From assembly GCA_965217775.1 (NCBI GenBank), contig CBDCJH010000002.1, positions 1,920,001 through 1,984,000 on the forward strand: 64,000 bases of DNA, written 5' to 3'. This DNA comes from Acidobacteriota bacterium (lineage in GTDB: Bacteria > Acidobacteriota > UBA6911 > RPQK01 > JAJDTT01). The notes below the pieces were generated by a model. The model did no database searches. It was given only the letters and a program-made list of their open reading frames with translations, and was not told the DNA's origin. This document shows, one piece after another, positions 1 through 9,243 of this stretch. The position numbers and the translations under genes are program-made. The first letter of the stretch is position 1. Each line of letters starts with the position of its first letter.

Positions 1-1167
1 TACAGTGACCGAAGGGTTGGCCTCGAAGCGGGCGGTTCCCGCCACCGTCCGGACCGGCATCCACTGGCCCGAGGACCAGACCCGCAGATAGACGTCGTAG
101 CTGCCGGAGGCGTAACCGTCCCAGACCACTGCCAGCGTGCCGTCGGGTCCGGCCGCGGCGACCGGCCACCAATTGTTGCCCGCGGCGGAATCCCCCGTGC
201 TGATCTGCCGGGGCGGCAACCAGCGGTCCTTCTCCAAGCTCCGGGCCATGATCTGCGCCCGGTCTCCCGGGACGGCCCGCCAGATCAGCCAAAGACGTCC
301 CGAGGCATCCCGGACCAGGCTGTGGTGGATGTCGGGACCCGCGCCCTCGGTGAGCCGTTCCAACCCGGACCAGCGGCCTCGTTCATGGGATCGACCGTAG
401 AGATCCCAATTGCCGTCCACCTGCATGGACCAGACCACCCAGATCCGCCCGGAGTCGTCCTCCGCCACCGCCGTCTGGAACACGTCCGAATCCGTCGCCA
501 GCACCTGGATCGGTCCCGAGGAATCCCCCAAAATGTTCCGGACGCAGACCGAATCGGAGTCGTTCTCATACTCCTGCCAAGCGACCCAGAGTTCACCCGA
601 GTCGGCAGCCCAGATCGCCGGGTAGTCCTGTTGTCCCGCGTACCGGGAGTCGACGGCCAGCGGTGAAGGAATAGCCTCGACCAGGACACCCCCCTCCAGG
701 AACTCGGCGGCCGAAAATGGAGGGAGTTCCCGGGGAACGAAGGAAAAGGCGCCCCGGACGGTTTCGATCTGGACCGGCCCGTGGGAGGGGTTCTCCCAGA
801 CCTGGACCAGGACGCTGGGATACTCCAGTTGGAAGGCCTTCGGATCCCGCATCCACGTCTTCCGCGAGCTGACGACCCAACTGGAGCCGGTCCGGACGTA
901 GTCGTTGGGGAAGACCGGGTCCTCGCCGGTCGCGATGTTGTGCTCCCGGAGCAGATCAGGAAGCACCTGAATCCGTTGTCCCGAGGAGAGGACCAAGCGC
1001 CCGCCCCACGCGGTCGGGACAGTGTCCTGCAGTCCGAAGGTGAGGCGATAGGTGGCTTCCGGGACCGGAGGCTGGCTCGCCGGCCGGTTTGAAACGGGGG
1101 TCGAGTCGAGGGCACAGCCGACAACCAGCGCCAACGGCAGAAAGAGAGCCCATGTGCGGATCGGCAT
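1..1167 (-). CDS. Predicted lipoprotein with beta-propeller-like repeats; 3' end runs off the window
   Basis: Not in the ORF track. Manual translation from ATG 1167: MPIRTWALFLPLALVVGC (lipobox), then repeated motifs GELWVAWQ, GRIWVVWS, GRLWLIWR, GTLAVVWD; frame open to position 1. Confidence 0.75.
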   Translation of the reverse strand, partial: MPIRTWALFLPLALVVGCALDSTPVSNRPASQPPVPEATYRLTFGLQDTVPTAWGGRLVLSSGQRIQVLPDLLREHNIATGEDPVFPNDYVRTGSSWVVSSRKTWMRDPKAFQLEYPSVLVQVWENPSHGPVQIETVRGAFSFVPRELPPFSAAEFLEGGVLVEAIPSPLAVDSRYAGQQDYPAIWAADSGELWVAWQEYENDSDSVCVRNILGDSSGPIQVLATDSDVFQTAVAEDDSGRIWVVWSMQVDGNWDLYGRSHERGRWSGLERLTEGAGPDIHHSLVRDASGRLWLIWRAVPGDRAQIMARSLEKDRWLPPRQISTGDSAAGNNWWPVAAAGPDGTLAVVWDGYASGSYDVYLRVWSSGQWMPVRTVAGTARFEANPSVTV

Positions 1168-1216
1168 CACCTGTTCCCTCCGAAATTCAATGGCTCCCGT
1201 CCCGGGACGATCGCCC

Positions 1217-1801
1217 TCAATTCGAATCCAGCAGGCCGGCCGCTTCCAGTGGACGCCAAAAGGCGTAGTCGGCATGGTGGACGATGGTCACGTGTAGAGA
1301 ACGGCGGACCAGCTCGCCTTCGCCCGAGTGGCAACCGGCGGCGTGGCAGACTTCCTCGGGCAGTCCCACCACCAGGCAAACGTGGGTTCCGTACTGGGGA
1401 TGGCGGATGGGCGGCCAGCCCGAGGCGGCGGGCTGGCTCCTCCAGCGCGCCTGCCGCTCGGGATCGAACTCGTAGGGCTTGCCCACGTCGTGGCAGAGCG
1501 CGCAAGCCGTGAGCAGGTCTCGGTCGATGGGGAGCTGCGGAAACTGCTCCTTGAGGGTGTCGCCCAGCGCCAGAGCCAGACGGGTCACGCCCCGGATGTG
1601 GTCGGTCTGGGTGCCCCCCTTGAGGGTGGGCGTGTCGGGATTTCCCGAGGGCCGAATCTCGTCGATGGACTGAAAGGAACTCTGGCCCAAGCAGTAGGCC
1701 CAGGCGTCCACCACCAGATTCCGGAGGGTTTCGTCGGAGATTTCCGACAGCTCGGGCAGTGATTTCCGGACCGATTCCCGCAAGTCCTCACGTATTTCCA
1801 T
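1217..1801 (-). CDS. HD-domain metal-dependent phosphohydrolase
   Basis: H...ALCHDVGK...H...H...HHAD motif series. Confidence 0.85.
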   Translation of the reverse strand: MEIREDLRESVRKSLPELSEISDETLRNLVVDAWAYCLGQSSFQSIDEIRPSGNPDTPTLKGGTQTDHIRGVTRLALALGDTLKEQFPQLPIDRDLLTACALCHDVGKPYEFDPERQARWRSQPAASGWPPIRHPQYGTHVCLVVGLPEEVCHAAGCHSGEGELVRRSLHVTIVHHADYAFWRPLEAAGLLDSN

Positions 1802-1822
1802 GGCTTCACCCCCAGTGCGGTC

Positions 1823-1851
1823 AAGCTATCCCCGACCCGGAGGGGTGTCAA
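1823..1851 (-). promoter_or_regulatory. Sigma70-type promoter of the HD gene
   Basis: TTGACA-17 nt-TAGCTT on the minus strand, 21 nt upstream of ATG 1801. Confidence 0.6.
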
Positions 1852-1995
1852 GTCGGGGCGCGGGCCGTCCACGGGATGACAGGGTCGTTGGAGCCGCTCA
1901 GCGGCGGGGTGCATGTAGAGGCAAGGAGTCAGGCCAAGGATCAGACACGGACCGCCACCCTGGATTGCCGTCCAGGCATGGCGATTCTCATCATT

Positions 1996-2208
1996 TCAGC
2001 TGTCTCTAGTTGGCCTTGAGAGCCTACCGGGCGCAGGAAATCCTTCGTCACCAGAACAAACGACACGCGTATTGGATGCGTCCCGAAGGCGCTTTTTGAT
2101 ATAGGTCTGCTCCTCCTCGAAGGTCATGCCTTCGATCTCGTCACTGATGCGATCCCGAATAGAGCGCATCATCTGCACGGCGTCGAACGTTTTTTTAATC
2201 TCTGCCAT
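1996..2208 (-). CDS. Small protein (70 aa) of the type found downstream of PIN-domain toxins; putative antitoxin
   Basis: MAEIKKTFDAVQMMRSIRDRISDEIEGMTFEEE; its ATG overlaps an upstream frame ending LEIRTPREVIDYGRD*. Confidence 0.55.
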   Translation of the reverse strand: MAEIKKTFDAVQMMRSIRDRISDEIEGMTFEEEQTYIKKRLRDASNTRVVCSGDEGFPAPGRLSRPTRDS

Positions 2209-2362
2209 AGTCGATGACCTCCCTGGGCGTTCGAATCTCCAGGATAGACGGTTCTTGTCCGTGTTCTTTGCCTGGACCACTTCCTCGAATTTCCTCTGCG
2301 CCCGAGAACCTCAGTACGAATGCTCGACGCCAATTCAAGAATCCAGGTATCCTGATTTGATT

Positions 2363-3253
2363 ATGCCCCGGCTGCCGCTGTTGAGCCGTTTGGTCCAAGA
2401 CGTACCCCTCATCTCGGATGGGGCCACCGGAACCTACCTCCAGATGCACGGTCTGGAGCCGGGCGGTTGCCCCGAAGCCTTCAACGCCGATCATCCCGAA
2501 ATCGTCCGTGGAATGGCCGCCGCCTACTCCGGTGCAGGGTCGGAGATGGTGCTCACCAACTCCTTCGGCGGCAACCGTTTCATGCTCAAGAAATACGGCT
2601 ACGGCGACCAGCTTCACCGTTTCAACAAACGGGCGGCCCAGCTCGCTCGGGAAGGCGCCGGCGAGGACTGCTACGTCGTCGGTTCCATTGGCCCCACCGG
2701 AGAGTTCGTCGAGCCGCTGGGCGAGGTCACCGAACGGGAAATGTACGATGCCTTCGCCGAGCAGGCTGCGGCTCTGGCCGAGGGAGGCGCCGACGCGATC
2801 CTGGCGGAAACCATGACCGCGGTGGAAGAGGCGACGCTGGCCATCCAGGCTGCCAAGGAGGCCACCGGTCTTCCGGTCCTCGTCTCCATGACCTTCGACA
2901 AGGGTCCGCGCGGCTATTTCACCATGATGGGGGTGTCGCCCGAGCAGGCCGTCCTCAAGCTGCGCGCCGCCGGCGCCGACGTGGTGGGAACGAACTGCGG
3001 GAACGGCATCGAGAGAATGGTGGAGATCTCCGACATCATGCGGGACCTGACCGACCAGCCCCTGGTGGTCCACTCCAACGCCGGCATCCCCAAACTGGTC
3101 GACATGAAGATCGTCTACGACGAAGAGCCGGTCTGGATGGCGAAACGCTTCCGCCGCATGGCCGATATGGGCATCAAGATCATCGGGGGCTGCTGCGGCA
3201 CCACGCCCGAGCACATCCGCGAACTGGTCAGGGCGGTCCGGCCTGCTGCCTGA
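2363..3253 (+). CDS. Homocysteine S-methyltransferase family protein (stand-alone Hcy-binding domain)
   Basis: SDGATGT, TNSFGGN, GSIGPTG, GTNCG and IIGGCCGTTPEHI Zn-binding motifs; start moved to ATG 2363. Confidence 0.9.
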   Translation: MPRLPLLSRLVQDVPLISDGATGTYLQMHGLEPGGCPEAFNADHPEIVRGMAAAYSGAGSEMVLTNSFGGNRFMLKKYGYGDQLHRFNKRAAQLAREGAGEDCYVVGSIGPTGEFVEPLGEVTEREMYDAFAEQAAALAEGGADAILAETMTAVEEATLAIQAAKEATGLPVLVSMTFDKGPRGYFTMMGVSPEQAVLKLRAAGADVVGTNCGNGIERMVEISDIMRDLTDQPLVVHSNAGIPKLVDMKIVYDEEPVWMAKRFRRMADMGIKIIGGCCGTTPEHIRELVRAVRPAA

Positions 3254-3348
3254 ACGGCATAGCTGAAGCCGTCATCAAGGTGCATTCCTCCCAAGACGGT
3301 CCCTCCGACCCCGGTTCGGAAACATGGGAGAAAGCTGAGGACTAGTCA

Positions 3349-3693
3349 ATGACCGTGTCGAATTTGACGGATTTAATCACAAAAGCGCCGTGGCGCGAGG
3401 CGACCACGTACCGCAATACTTGGCCTCACGAGTACGTTCTCATCAGGAAGGACAAGCAGCAGGCATTGCTCGACGCCTTCTGCGAACGCATCCGGAACGG
3501 CGAGGGTATCGACGGGAAGTTCTTCAGCAAGTCGTTCACGTACCTCTTCATCGGGGAGTACAAGTATTGGACCTACACCCCCTGCATGAAGATCGACCTG
3601 GATTCGACCGAACACGAGTTCGTCCTGAACCGGGCCCGTTTGTACCGGGACGGGCGGGATTTCATGGTTCGGGCGGGAGACAAGGGAGTCTGA
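3349..3693 (+). CDS. Hypothetical protein (114 aa)
   Basis: GAGG upstream of ATG; globular, aromatic-rich sequence (WPHEY, YLFIGEYKYWT). Confidence 0.65.
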   Translation: MTVSNLTDLITKAPWREATTYRNTWPHEYVLIRKDKQQALLDAFCERIRNGEGIDGKFFSKSFTYLFIGEYKYWTYTPCMKIDLDSTEHEFVLNRARLYRDGRDFMVRAGDKGV

Positions 3694-3695
3694 CA

Positions 3696-4760
3696 GTGTC
3701 GCTGTCTCTCTACGAGAAACTAGCGGATATGGCCGTCGCCAGCCTGGAGATACAGGCAGGGCAGTTCGTTGAAGTCCGCGGCGACGCTGCCATGTGGAAT
3801 TGTATCGAAGCCGTATCGCTCGCCGTAGAAAAAGCCGAGGCGGTCCCCTGCCTCAACGTAACCTCGATTGCTCACGAGGCAGAACGCATTCGGACGTTGC
3901 CCATCGATTGGCTTCGACGTCCGTCACCGTTTCTGTTGGACCTCGCGACCAGGGCTAATGCCGCCATCGTCATCGAGCGTGACTGGCGTCCATTGACCGA
4001 ATCTTGTCCTTCCGAGCGACTCAAGGCATGGAACCAAGCTGTAGGAGTGCTTTTATACCAACAAGAATCCAGACACGTTCCCAATTGCATGATCGCGCAT
4101 CCAGGAACGGTGCGGCAGGATGAGCTCCTGGTCCTCAGAGGGGACATTTATCGCACAATGGAGAACGCCATTGACGTGGACATGGCCGAATTGGACAGGC
4201 GTGTACGATCCGTCAAGCAGATCATTGAAAATGGAAGCGTTCTGGACATGAGAACTCCCAATGGCGGTCGCCTGAAGTGTCAACTTGGCAGCAGACCTGT
4301 ATTCGAGAACGATGGCCGCCTCAATAGTCTCGTTCTAAACCTGCCATTCGGTGCAATATCGTTTACCGTACCGGAAACCACCGTTCAGGGCTCCATTTGC
4401 ATCGAACGGTGGAGAAACGTCCATGATCTGACTCTTACCTTTGTCGACGGTCGTATTTCTGAGATTTCGGCGGCCAACAGCCCGAAATCCTTTACCGACT
4501 TTATCGGCACACATTCCGGCCACCGTGATCGAATAAGCCACATCGGGATTGGAGTAAACCCGGGCATCCACTCCCCAACGGGACTCATAGGCGTAGATGA
4601 ATGTAAATCAGGGATGCTGTTCTTTGCTTTGGGAGAAAACAGGTACCTGGGTGGAAAGAATGAGTCCACCCTGAATATGGATCTTACCTGTCCAGGTGCG
4701 ACCGTGTCTGTCGGGTCACGATGTATAGTCCGAGACGGGCGATTGACTCTCGATAGCTAA
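3696..4760 (+). CDS. M29 (aminopeptidase T-like) metallopeptidase homolog
   Basis: YEKLADMAVASLEIQAGQ, NLPFG, HIGIGVNP, DE..G..FALGEN..LGGKNES; start set at GTG 3696; several usual metal-ligand positions look substituted. Confidence 0.75.
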   Translation: MSLSLYEKLADMAVASLEIQAGQFVEVRGDAAMWNCIEAVSLAVEKAEAVPCLNVTSIAHEAERIRTLPIDWLRRPSPFLLDLATRANAAIVIERDWRPLTESCPSERLKAWNQAVGVLLYQQESRHVPNCMIAHPGTVRQDELLVLRGDIYRTMENAIDVDMAELDRRVRSVKQIIENGSVLDMRTPNGGRLKCQLGSRPVFENDGRLNSLVLNLPFGAISFTVPETTVQGSICIERWRNVHDLTLTFVDGRISEISAANSPKSFTDFIGTHSGHRDRISHIGIGVNPGIHSPTGLIGVDECKSGMLFFALGENRYLGGKNESTLNMDLTCPGATVSVGSRCIVRDGRLTLDS

Positions 4761-5740
4761 TCCCGAGACCGCTCGTTGATCCGGTTGATGAGGACCGCGG
4801 CCAGGATGAGCGCGCCGCGGACGACGTGCTGCCAGTACTCGTTGATGTTCATCAACGTCATGCCGTTGACCAGGATGCCCAGGAAGATGACGCCCATCAG
4901 GGTGCCCCGGATCCTCCCTTCCCCGCCCATGAGACTGGTGCCGCCGATGATGACCGAGGCGATGACGTTCAGTTCCCAACCCCGGGCCGTGGTCGCCGAT
5001 CCGGACATGATCTGGGCCGACTGCATGATCCCCGCCAGGGCGGCCAGGCAGGCCACGCTGGCCATCACCACCACCTTGATCCGTCCCACCCGGATTCCGC
5101 TGAGACGCGCCGCCTCCGGATTCCCTCCTACTGCATAGACCGAACGTCCGAACGAGGTGTACCCCATGAGGACATGGGTGGTCAGGAAGACCAGCAGGAA
5201 GACCAGCGCGGGAAAGGGCACGCCGAAGAGATAACCCCCGCCGAAGAAGTTGTACCACTCGGGAAAGGGGGTCAGCGGAAAGCCGCCGGTGATGAGCTCG
5301 GCGACTCCGGTCAGCACCGTCATCCAGGCCAGGGTGATGATGAAACTGGGGACGGCGAAGCGGACCCGGATCAGGCCGGTCAGCGCTCCGATGCTCATGC
5401 CCAGGAGAAGCGTCGAAACCATGGCCAGGGGCAGGGCCATCACCATGGACAGTCCCAGTGCGGCCAGCCACTGCGCCAGCCAGGCGGTGACGCAGCCGGC
5501 AAAGGCCACGGCGGATCCCACGCTCAGGTCGATCTCGCCCGAGATGATGACCATGGTCATGCCGAAGGCGATGATCCCCTGCATGGAGACGTTCCGCAGA
5601 ACGTTGAGCAGGTTGACCAGGGTGAAGAAGCCCTCGGCCTGAAACGCCAGCACCAGGCAGAGCACCACCAGGACCAGCTCCAGGATGAAGCTTCGGGCCC
5701 AGACCATCACTCGGGAAGGGGTCAGCCGGATTACATGCAC
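4757..5740 (-). CDS. Monosaccharide ABC transporter permease (RbsC-like)
   Basis: GEIDLSVGS, GRSVYAVGGNPEAARLSGI, IASVIIGGTSLMGG; start uncertain (5707-5740). Confidence 0.92.
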   Translation of the reverse strand: MHVIRLTPSRVMVWARSFILELVLVVLCLVLAFQAEGFFTLVNLLNVLRNVSMQGIIAFGMTMVIISGEIDLSVGSAVAFAGCVTAWLAQWLAALGLSMVMALPLAMVSTLLLGMSIGALTGLIRVRFAVPSFIITLAWMTVLTGVAELITGGFPLTPFPEWYNFFGGGYLFGVPFPALVFLLVFLTTHVLMGYTSFGRSVYAVGGNPEAARLSGIRVGRIKVVVMASVACLAALAGIMQSAQIMSGSATTARGWELNVIASVIIGGTSLMGGEGRIRGTLMGVIFLGILVNGMTLMNINEYWQHVVRGALILAAVLINRINERSRD

Positions 5741-7224
5741 TGGACGAAGAGTTGGTCGGCGGTCGTGTTTTCGGGCCGGACCTCCTGCCGAATCCGACCG
5801 TGCTTCATGACCAGGATACGGTGGCACACCTCCACCAGTTCCTCAAGCTCGCTGGAGACGAAGAGGATGGCGATCCCCTGGCGGCTCAGGTCCCACATCA
5901 GTTGGAAGATCTGCTGCTTGGCCTGGAGATCGATCCCGCGCGTGGGCTCGTCCAGGAGCAGCACCTGCAAGGAGGTGCCGAGCCACTTGCCCACCACCAC
6001 CTTCTGCTGGTTGCCGCCGCTCAGCGAGGAAACGGCCTCTTCCACGTCGGGAGCCTTGATGTGCAGGCGATCCACCTGGTCCCGGATCAGTTTCCGCTCC
6101 CGCCGCCGGCTCAGGAATCCCCGACTCGAAATCCGGTCCAGACTGGCCAGGCAGAGGTTGGACCGGATGCTCTGAGTCTGGACCAGCCCCTCCTGTTTCC
6201 GGTCCTCGGGGGCGAATCCGAGACCCAGCTCCTTCATCTCGGGTGGAGTGACTCTACGGCAAGTCCTTTCGGAGAAAAGGATTTCACCGCGATCGAAGGG
6301 CAGGGCTCCGAAGATGGACTTCAGCAACTCGGTGCGTCCCGAACCCAGCATGCCGGCGATTCCCAGGATCTCTCCGCGGTGAAGGGTCAGATCCACGTCC
6401 TGGAACTCCTCTCCCCGGGACAATCCCCGGACCTGCAGGACAGGCTCCCGGCCGGCCAGGAGATCGGCGGGACGCTCCTTCTGTACGGTCTTGCCGAACA
6501 TGTAGTGGACGATCTCCTCGGCCGTGGTTTCGGACATCTCCACCGTCGCCACGTGGTCGCCGTCCCTGAGGACCGTGACCCGGTCGGCGATCTCATTCAA
6601 CTCCTGGAGGCGATGGGAGATGTAGAGGATGGCGACGCCCCGCTCCGCCAGTTGGCGGACCAGCCGGAAGAGGCTCCGGGTCTCGTGCCGGGCCAGACCC
6701 GAGGTCGGTTCGTCCAGCATCAGGACCGAGGGCCGGAAGGACATGGCCTTGGCGATCTCCACCGTCTGCTGCTGGGCAAATCCCAGCCGGCCCACCGGCT
6801 CGTCCACGTCCATCTCCACTTCCATCGTGGCCAGCACGGCACGGGCCCGCTCGGCAGCCGCCGTCCAGTCGATGAAGGGTCCGCGGCTCCGGGGCATGCG
6901 TCCCAGGAGGATGTTCTCGGCCACGCTCAACCCCGGCACCAGGCTCAACTCCTGGTAGACGGTGGCGATCCCCCGCTGGAACGCGTCGCCGGGCGATCTG
7001 AGCGCCACCGGTTCGCCGTCGAGCAGGACCTGACCGGCGGTGGGTTGAGTGGAGCCGGCCAGAATCCGGACCAGGGTGCTCTTCCCGGCGCCGTTCCGGC
7101 CGATGAGGGCGTGCACCTTGCCCCCTTCGAACCGCACGGAGACATCCTTGAGGGCGACGGTTCCCGGATATTCCTTCCGGATCCCGCGGGCTTCGAGCTG
7201 GATCGGCTTGGGGACTGGACTCAC
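5731..7224 (-). CDS. Monosaccharide ABC transporter ATP-binding protein (RbsA-like)
   Basis: GRNGAGKS, MLDEPTSGL, LSGGNQQK, LLDEPTRGID. Confidence 0.95.
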   Translation of the reverse strand: MSPVPKPIQLEARGIRKEYPGTVALKDVSVRFEGGKVHALIGRNGAGKSTLVRILAGSTQPTAGQVLLDGEPVALRSPGDAFQRGIATVYQELSLVPGLSVAENILLGRMPRSRGPFIDWTAAAERARAVLATMEVEMDVDEPVGRLGFAQQQTVEIAKAMSFRPSVLMLDEPTSGLARHETRSLFRLVRQLAERGVAILYISHRLQELNEIADRVTVLRDGDHVATVEMSETTAEEIVHYMFGKTVQKERPADLLAGREPVLQVRGLSRGEEFQDVDLTLHRGEILGIAGMLGSGRTELLKSIFGALPFDRGEILFSERTCRRVTPPEMKELGLGFAPEDRKQEGLVQTQSIRSNLCLASLDRISSRGFLSRRRERKLIRDQVDRLHIKAPDVEEAVSSLSGGNQQKVVVGKWLGTSLQVLLLDEPTRGIDLQAKQQIFQLMWDLSRQGIAILFVSSELEELVEVCHRILVMKHGRIRQEVRPENTTADQLFVQCM

Positions 7225-7226
7225 GG

Positions 7227-8222
7227 CTAGGACCCGGGGCTGGCGATGAGTTCCTGCAGCCGCGTCCGGTAGGCGCGGACGTTCTCAAGATCCCGGCGTT
7301 CGAGCAGGACTCCCGACATGGAGACGTGGCTCTCGACTTCCGTGCCCTGGATCACGGCGACGGCCGCCTTGACCGCCTGGTAGCCGATTTCGAAGGGTTT
7401 CTGGCCGGTGACGGCTTGCAGGATCTGGTCCTCCGACAGGAGGAAACCGAGCATCTGATCGCTCACGTCGGTCCCGAAGACGGCGATCTCGCCTCCCCGT
7501 CCGGCGTTCTTGACCGCCATGACCGCCCCCACCGTACCGCCCTCGTTGGCGCACCAGATCAGGTCGATCCCGGGATTGGCGGTGAGGATGTCGCCGGCCT
7601 TGCGGATGCCCATCTCCGGCAACCAGGCATCCTGCTCAGCCACGATCTCGACTCCGGGCAGATCGGCGATCTGACTCTTGAAACCGTTGGTCCGAGCTTC
7701 GCTCTGCTCCGTCAACGCCGACTTGAAGGCCAGGATGGCGATCTGGGCCTGTCCGCCCAGCTTCTCCTCGATGTAGGCGCGGGCCACCTTGCCGGTCTGG
7801 GCGCCCAGGTTGGACTGGTCGCTCTCGATGAAGGTGGCCGTGAGCCCGCCCTCGACGGTGGAGTTGTAGGCGATGACGTGGATGCCGGCTTCCCGCGCCC
7901 GCCGCAGAGCCGTGACCGACGCGGTGGCGCTCAGGGGCGAGAGGACGACGGCGTCCACCTGCCGGGCGATGTAGGTGTTGACGAGCTGGAGTTCCTTTTC
8001 CGGCTTGCCGTCGACGGTGGACAGCAGTAGCTCGGCTCCTTCCTCCCTGGCCGCCTCCTGCATCCCGAATCGGACCAGACGGAAGAACTGGTCCTCCTGC
8101 ATGAACATCCCGGCGATCTTCATGCGATCGTCCTCTTCCGCTGCCGGCCCACAGGCCGTCGCCGCGAGCACCAGCAAGAGGGAGAATCTGATCAGGAAGC
8201 GAAATTGTGGTCGATGTCTCAT
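7227..8222 (-). CDS. Sugar ABC transporter substrate-binding lipoprotein
   Basis: Lipobox LAATAC; periplasmic binding protein type I features; first gene of the ABC operon. Confidence 0.9.
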   Translation of the reverse strand: MRHRPQFRFLIRFSLLLVLAATACGPAAEEDDRMKIAGMFMQEDQFFRLVRFGMQEAAREEGAELLLSTVDGKPEKELQLVNTYIARQVDAVVLSPLSATASVTALRRAREAGIHVIAYNSTVEGGLTATFIESDQSNLGAQTGKVARAYIEEKLGGQAQIAILAFKSALTEQSEARTNGFKSQIADLPGVEIVAEQDAWLPEMGIRKAGDILTANPGIDLIWCANEGGTVGAVMAVKNAGRGGEIAVFGTDVSDQMLGFLLSEDQILQAVTGQKPFEIGYQAVKAAVAVIQGTEVESHVSMSGVLLERRDLENVRAYRTRLQELIASPGS

Positions 8223-8431
8223 GGCCACGTCATTCTAGCAGCCCGTCGCGAAAGTCAAACGGAGCACCGGAATCGGGAATGTTTTTGCGTGGAGAGGCTG
8301 GTCTGGTTTTTCGAGAGTGAACAGGCCTGAAGCATCAGCCGGGTACCGTACTCACTTGGCCAAACGAATCTGTAGATGCAGGCTGCTTCTGGTTCTTTCG
8401 GAGAATCTGCCTTGCGGCCGGCTGCTCCCGA

Positions 8432-8890
8432 TCAGGGCCGCTCGTGGACCCGCTTAGGCAAAACCGGATCGACCACTTTCAGAAACGGGAATTTCCTGAA
8501 GTCCCGGTCGTGGGTGTAGATCGTCCGGATGCCATGGGCTCTTGCCAGCGCTGCCAAGTGTGCGTCCGGCACCAGGTTGCCACGCGCAACGACCTCGATG
8601 GCGACCTCGCGGTAGGCCGCCAGGAAATTTTCCGGCTCGGTCACCACGCGACACCGCGGCATCCGCATCAGCACCCCGACGTTATCAATGGCCTCGCGCG
8701 GGGTCATCGGTCTCTCAAAAATCCGGGGATGAGTGGCCATGCGAACGTAGGCCATGAGGACTGGCCACGTGAGGCAGAGAATATCGGGATCTCTCGGACG
8801 GTCGCGCAGGAACGCGCCCGCGGCCTCGTGGAACGGCGATGTCCGATCCGAGGCGTAGAGCAGGATGTTTACGTCGATGGTGTAACTCAA
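8432..8890 (-). CDS. vapC: PIN-domain VapC toxin
   Basis: IDVNILLYA...GNLVPDAHLAAL...THDRDFRKF. Confidence 0.92.
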   Translation of the reverse strand: MSYTIDVNILLYASDRTSPFHEAAGAFLRDRPRDPDILCLTWPVLMAYVRMATHPRIFERPMTPREAIDNVGVLMRMPRCRVVTEPENFLAAYREVAIEVVARGNLVPDAHLAALARAHGIRTIYTHDRDFRKFPFLKVVDPVLPKRVHERP

Positions 8891-9120
8891 GAGCCGTCGT
8901 CGATGATCGCGTAGACAGCCTCCTTGTCGGCCAAGTCTACACGTGCGCGCATCGACTGGCTGAACCAGTCAAGCTCAGGATCGATCTGATCGGCACAGCG
9001 CGAACGGAGTCCCTCGGCCAACAGCCCGGTGACCAGTTCGCCCAACGTACCGCCTTCCTTCTTCTGAATGCTCTTTAACTCCTCCATAATCGGCGTAGCA
9101 ATGTTGATGGTCGTCCGCAT
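8887..9120 (-). CDS. VapB-type (ribbon-helix-helix) antitoxin
   Basis: MRTTINI...LGELVTGLLAEGL; 4-nt overlap with vapC. Confidence 0.85.
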   Translation of the reverse strand: MRTTINIATPIMEELKSIQKKEGGTLGELVTGLLAEGLRSRCADQIDPELDWFSQSMRARVDLADKEAVYAIIDDGS

Positions 9121-9128
9121 GATGTAAG

Positions 9129-9157
9129 ATGCTAATTGGAGACGCATCAGATGTCAA
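9129..9157 (-). promoter_or_regulatory. Sigma70 promoter of the TA operon, probably leaderless, with a CATC-T-GATG palindrome (candidate operator)
   Basis: TTGACA-17 nt-TAGCAT, ATG 8 nt downstream. Confidence 0.65.
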
Positions 9158-9243
9158 ACCATGTATTTTCTTATCCAATTCATATTTCGAGTGTCCGATC
9201 CTACTAGCACGTGATCTATCGGGTACTGCGGCCCTGCCGGCCC

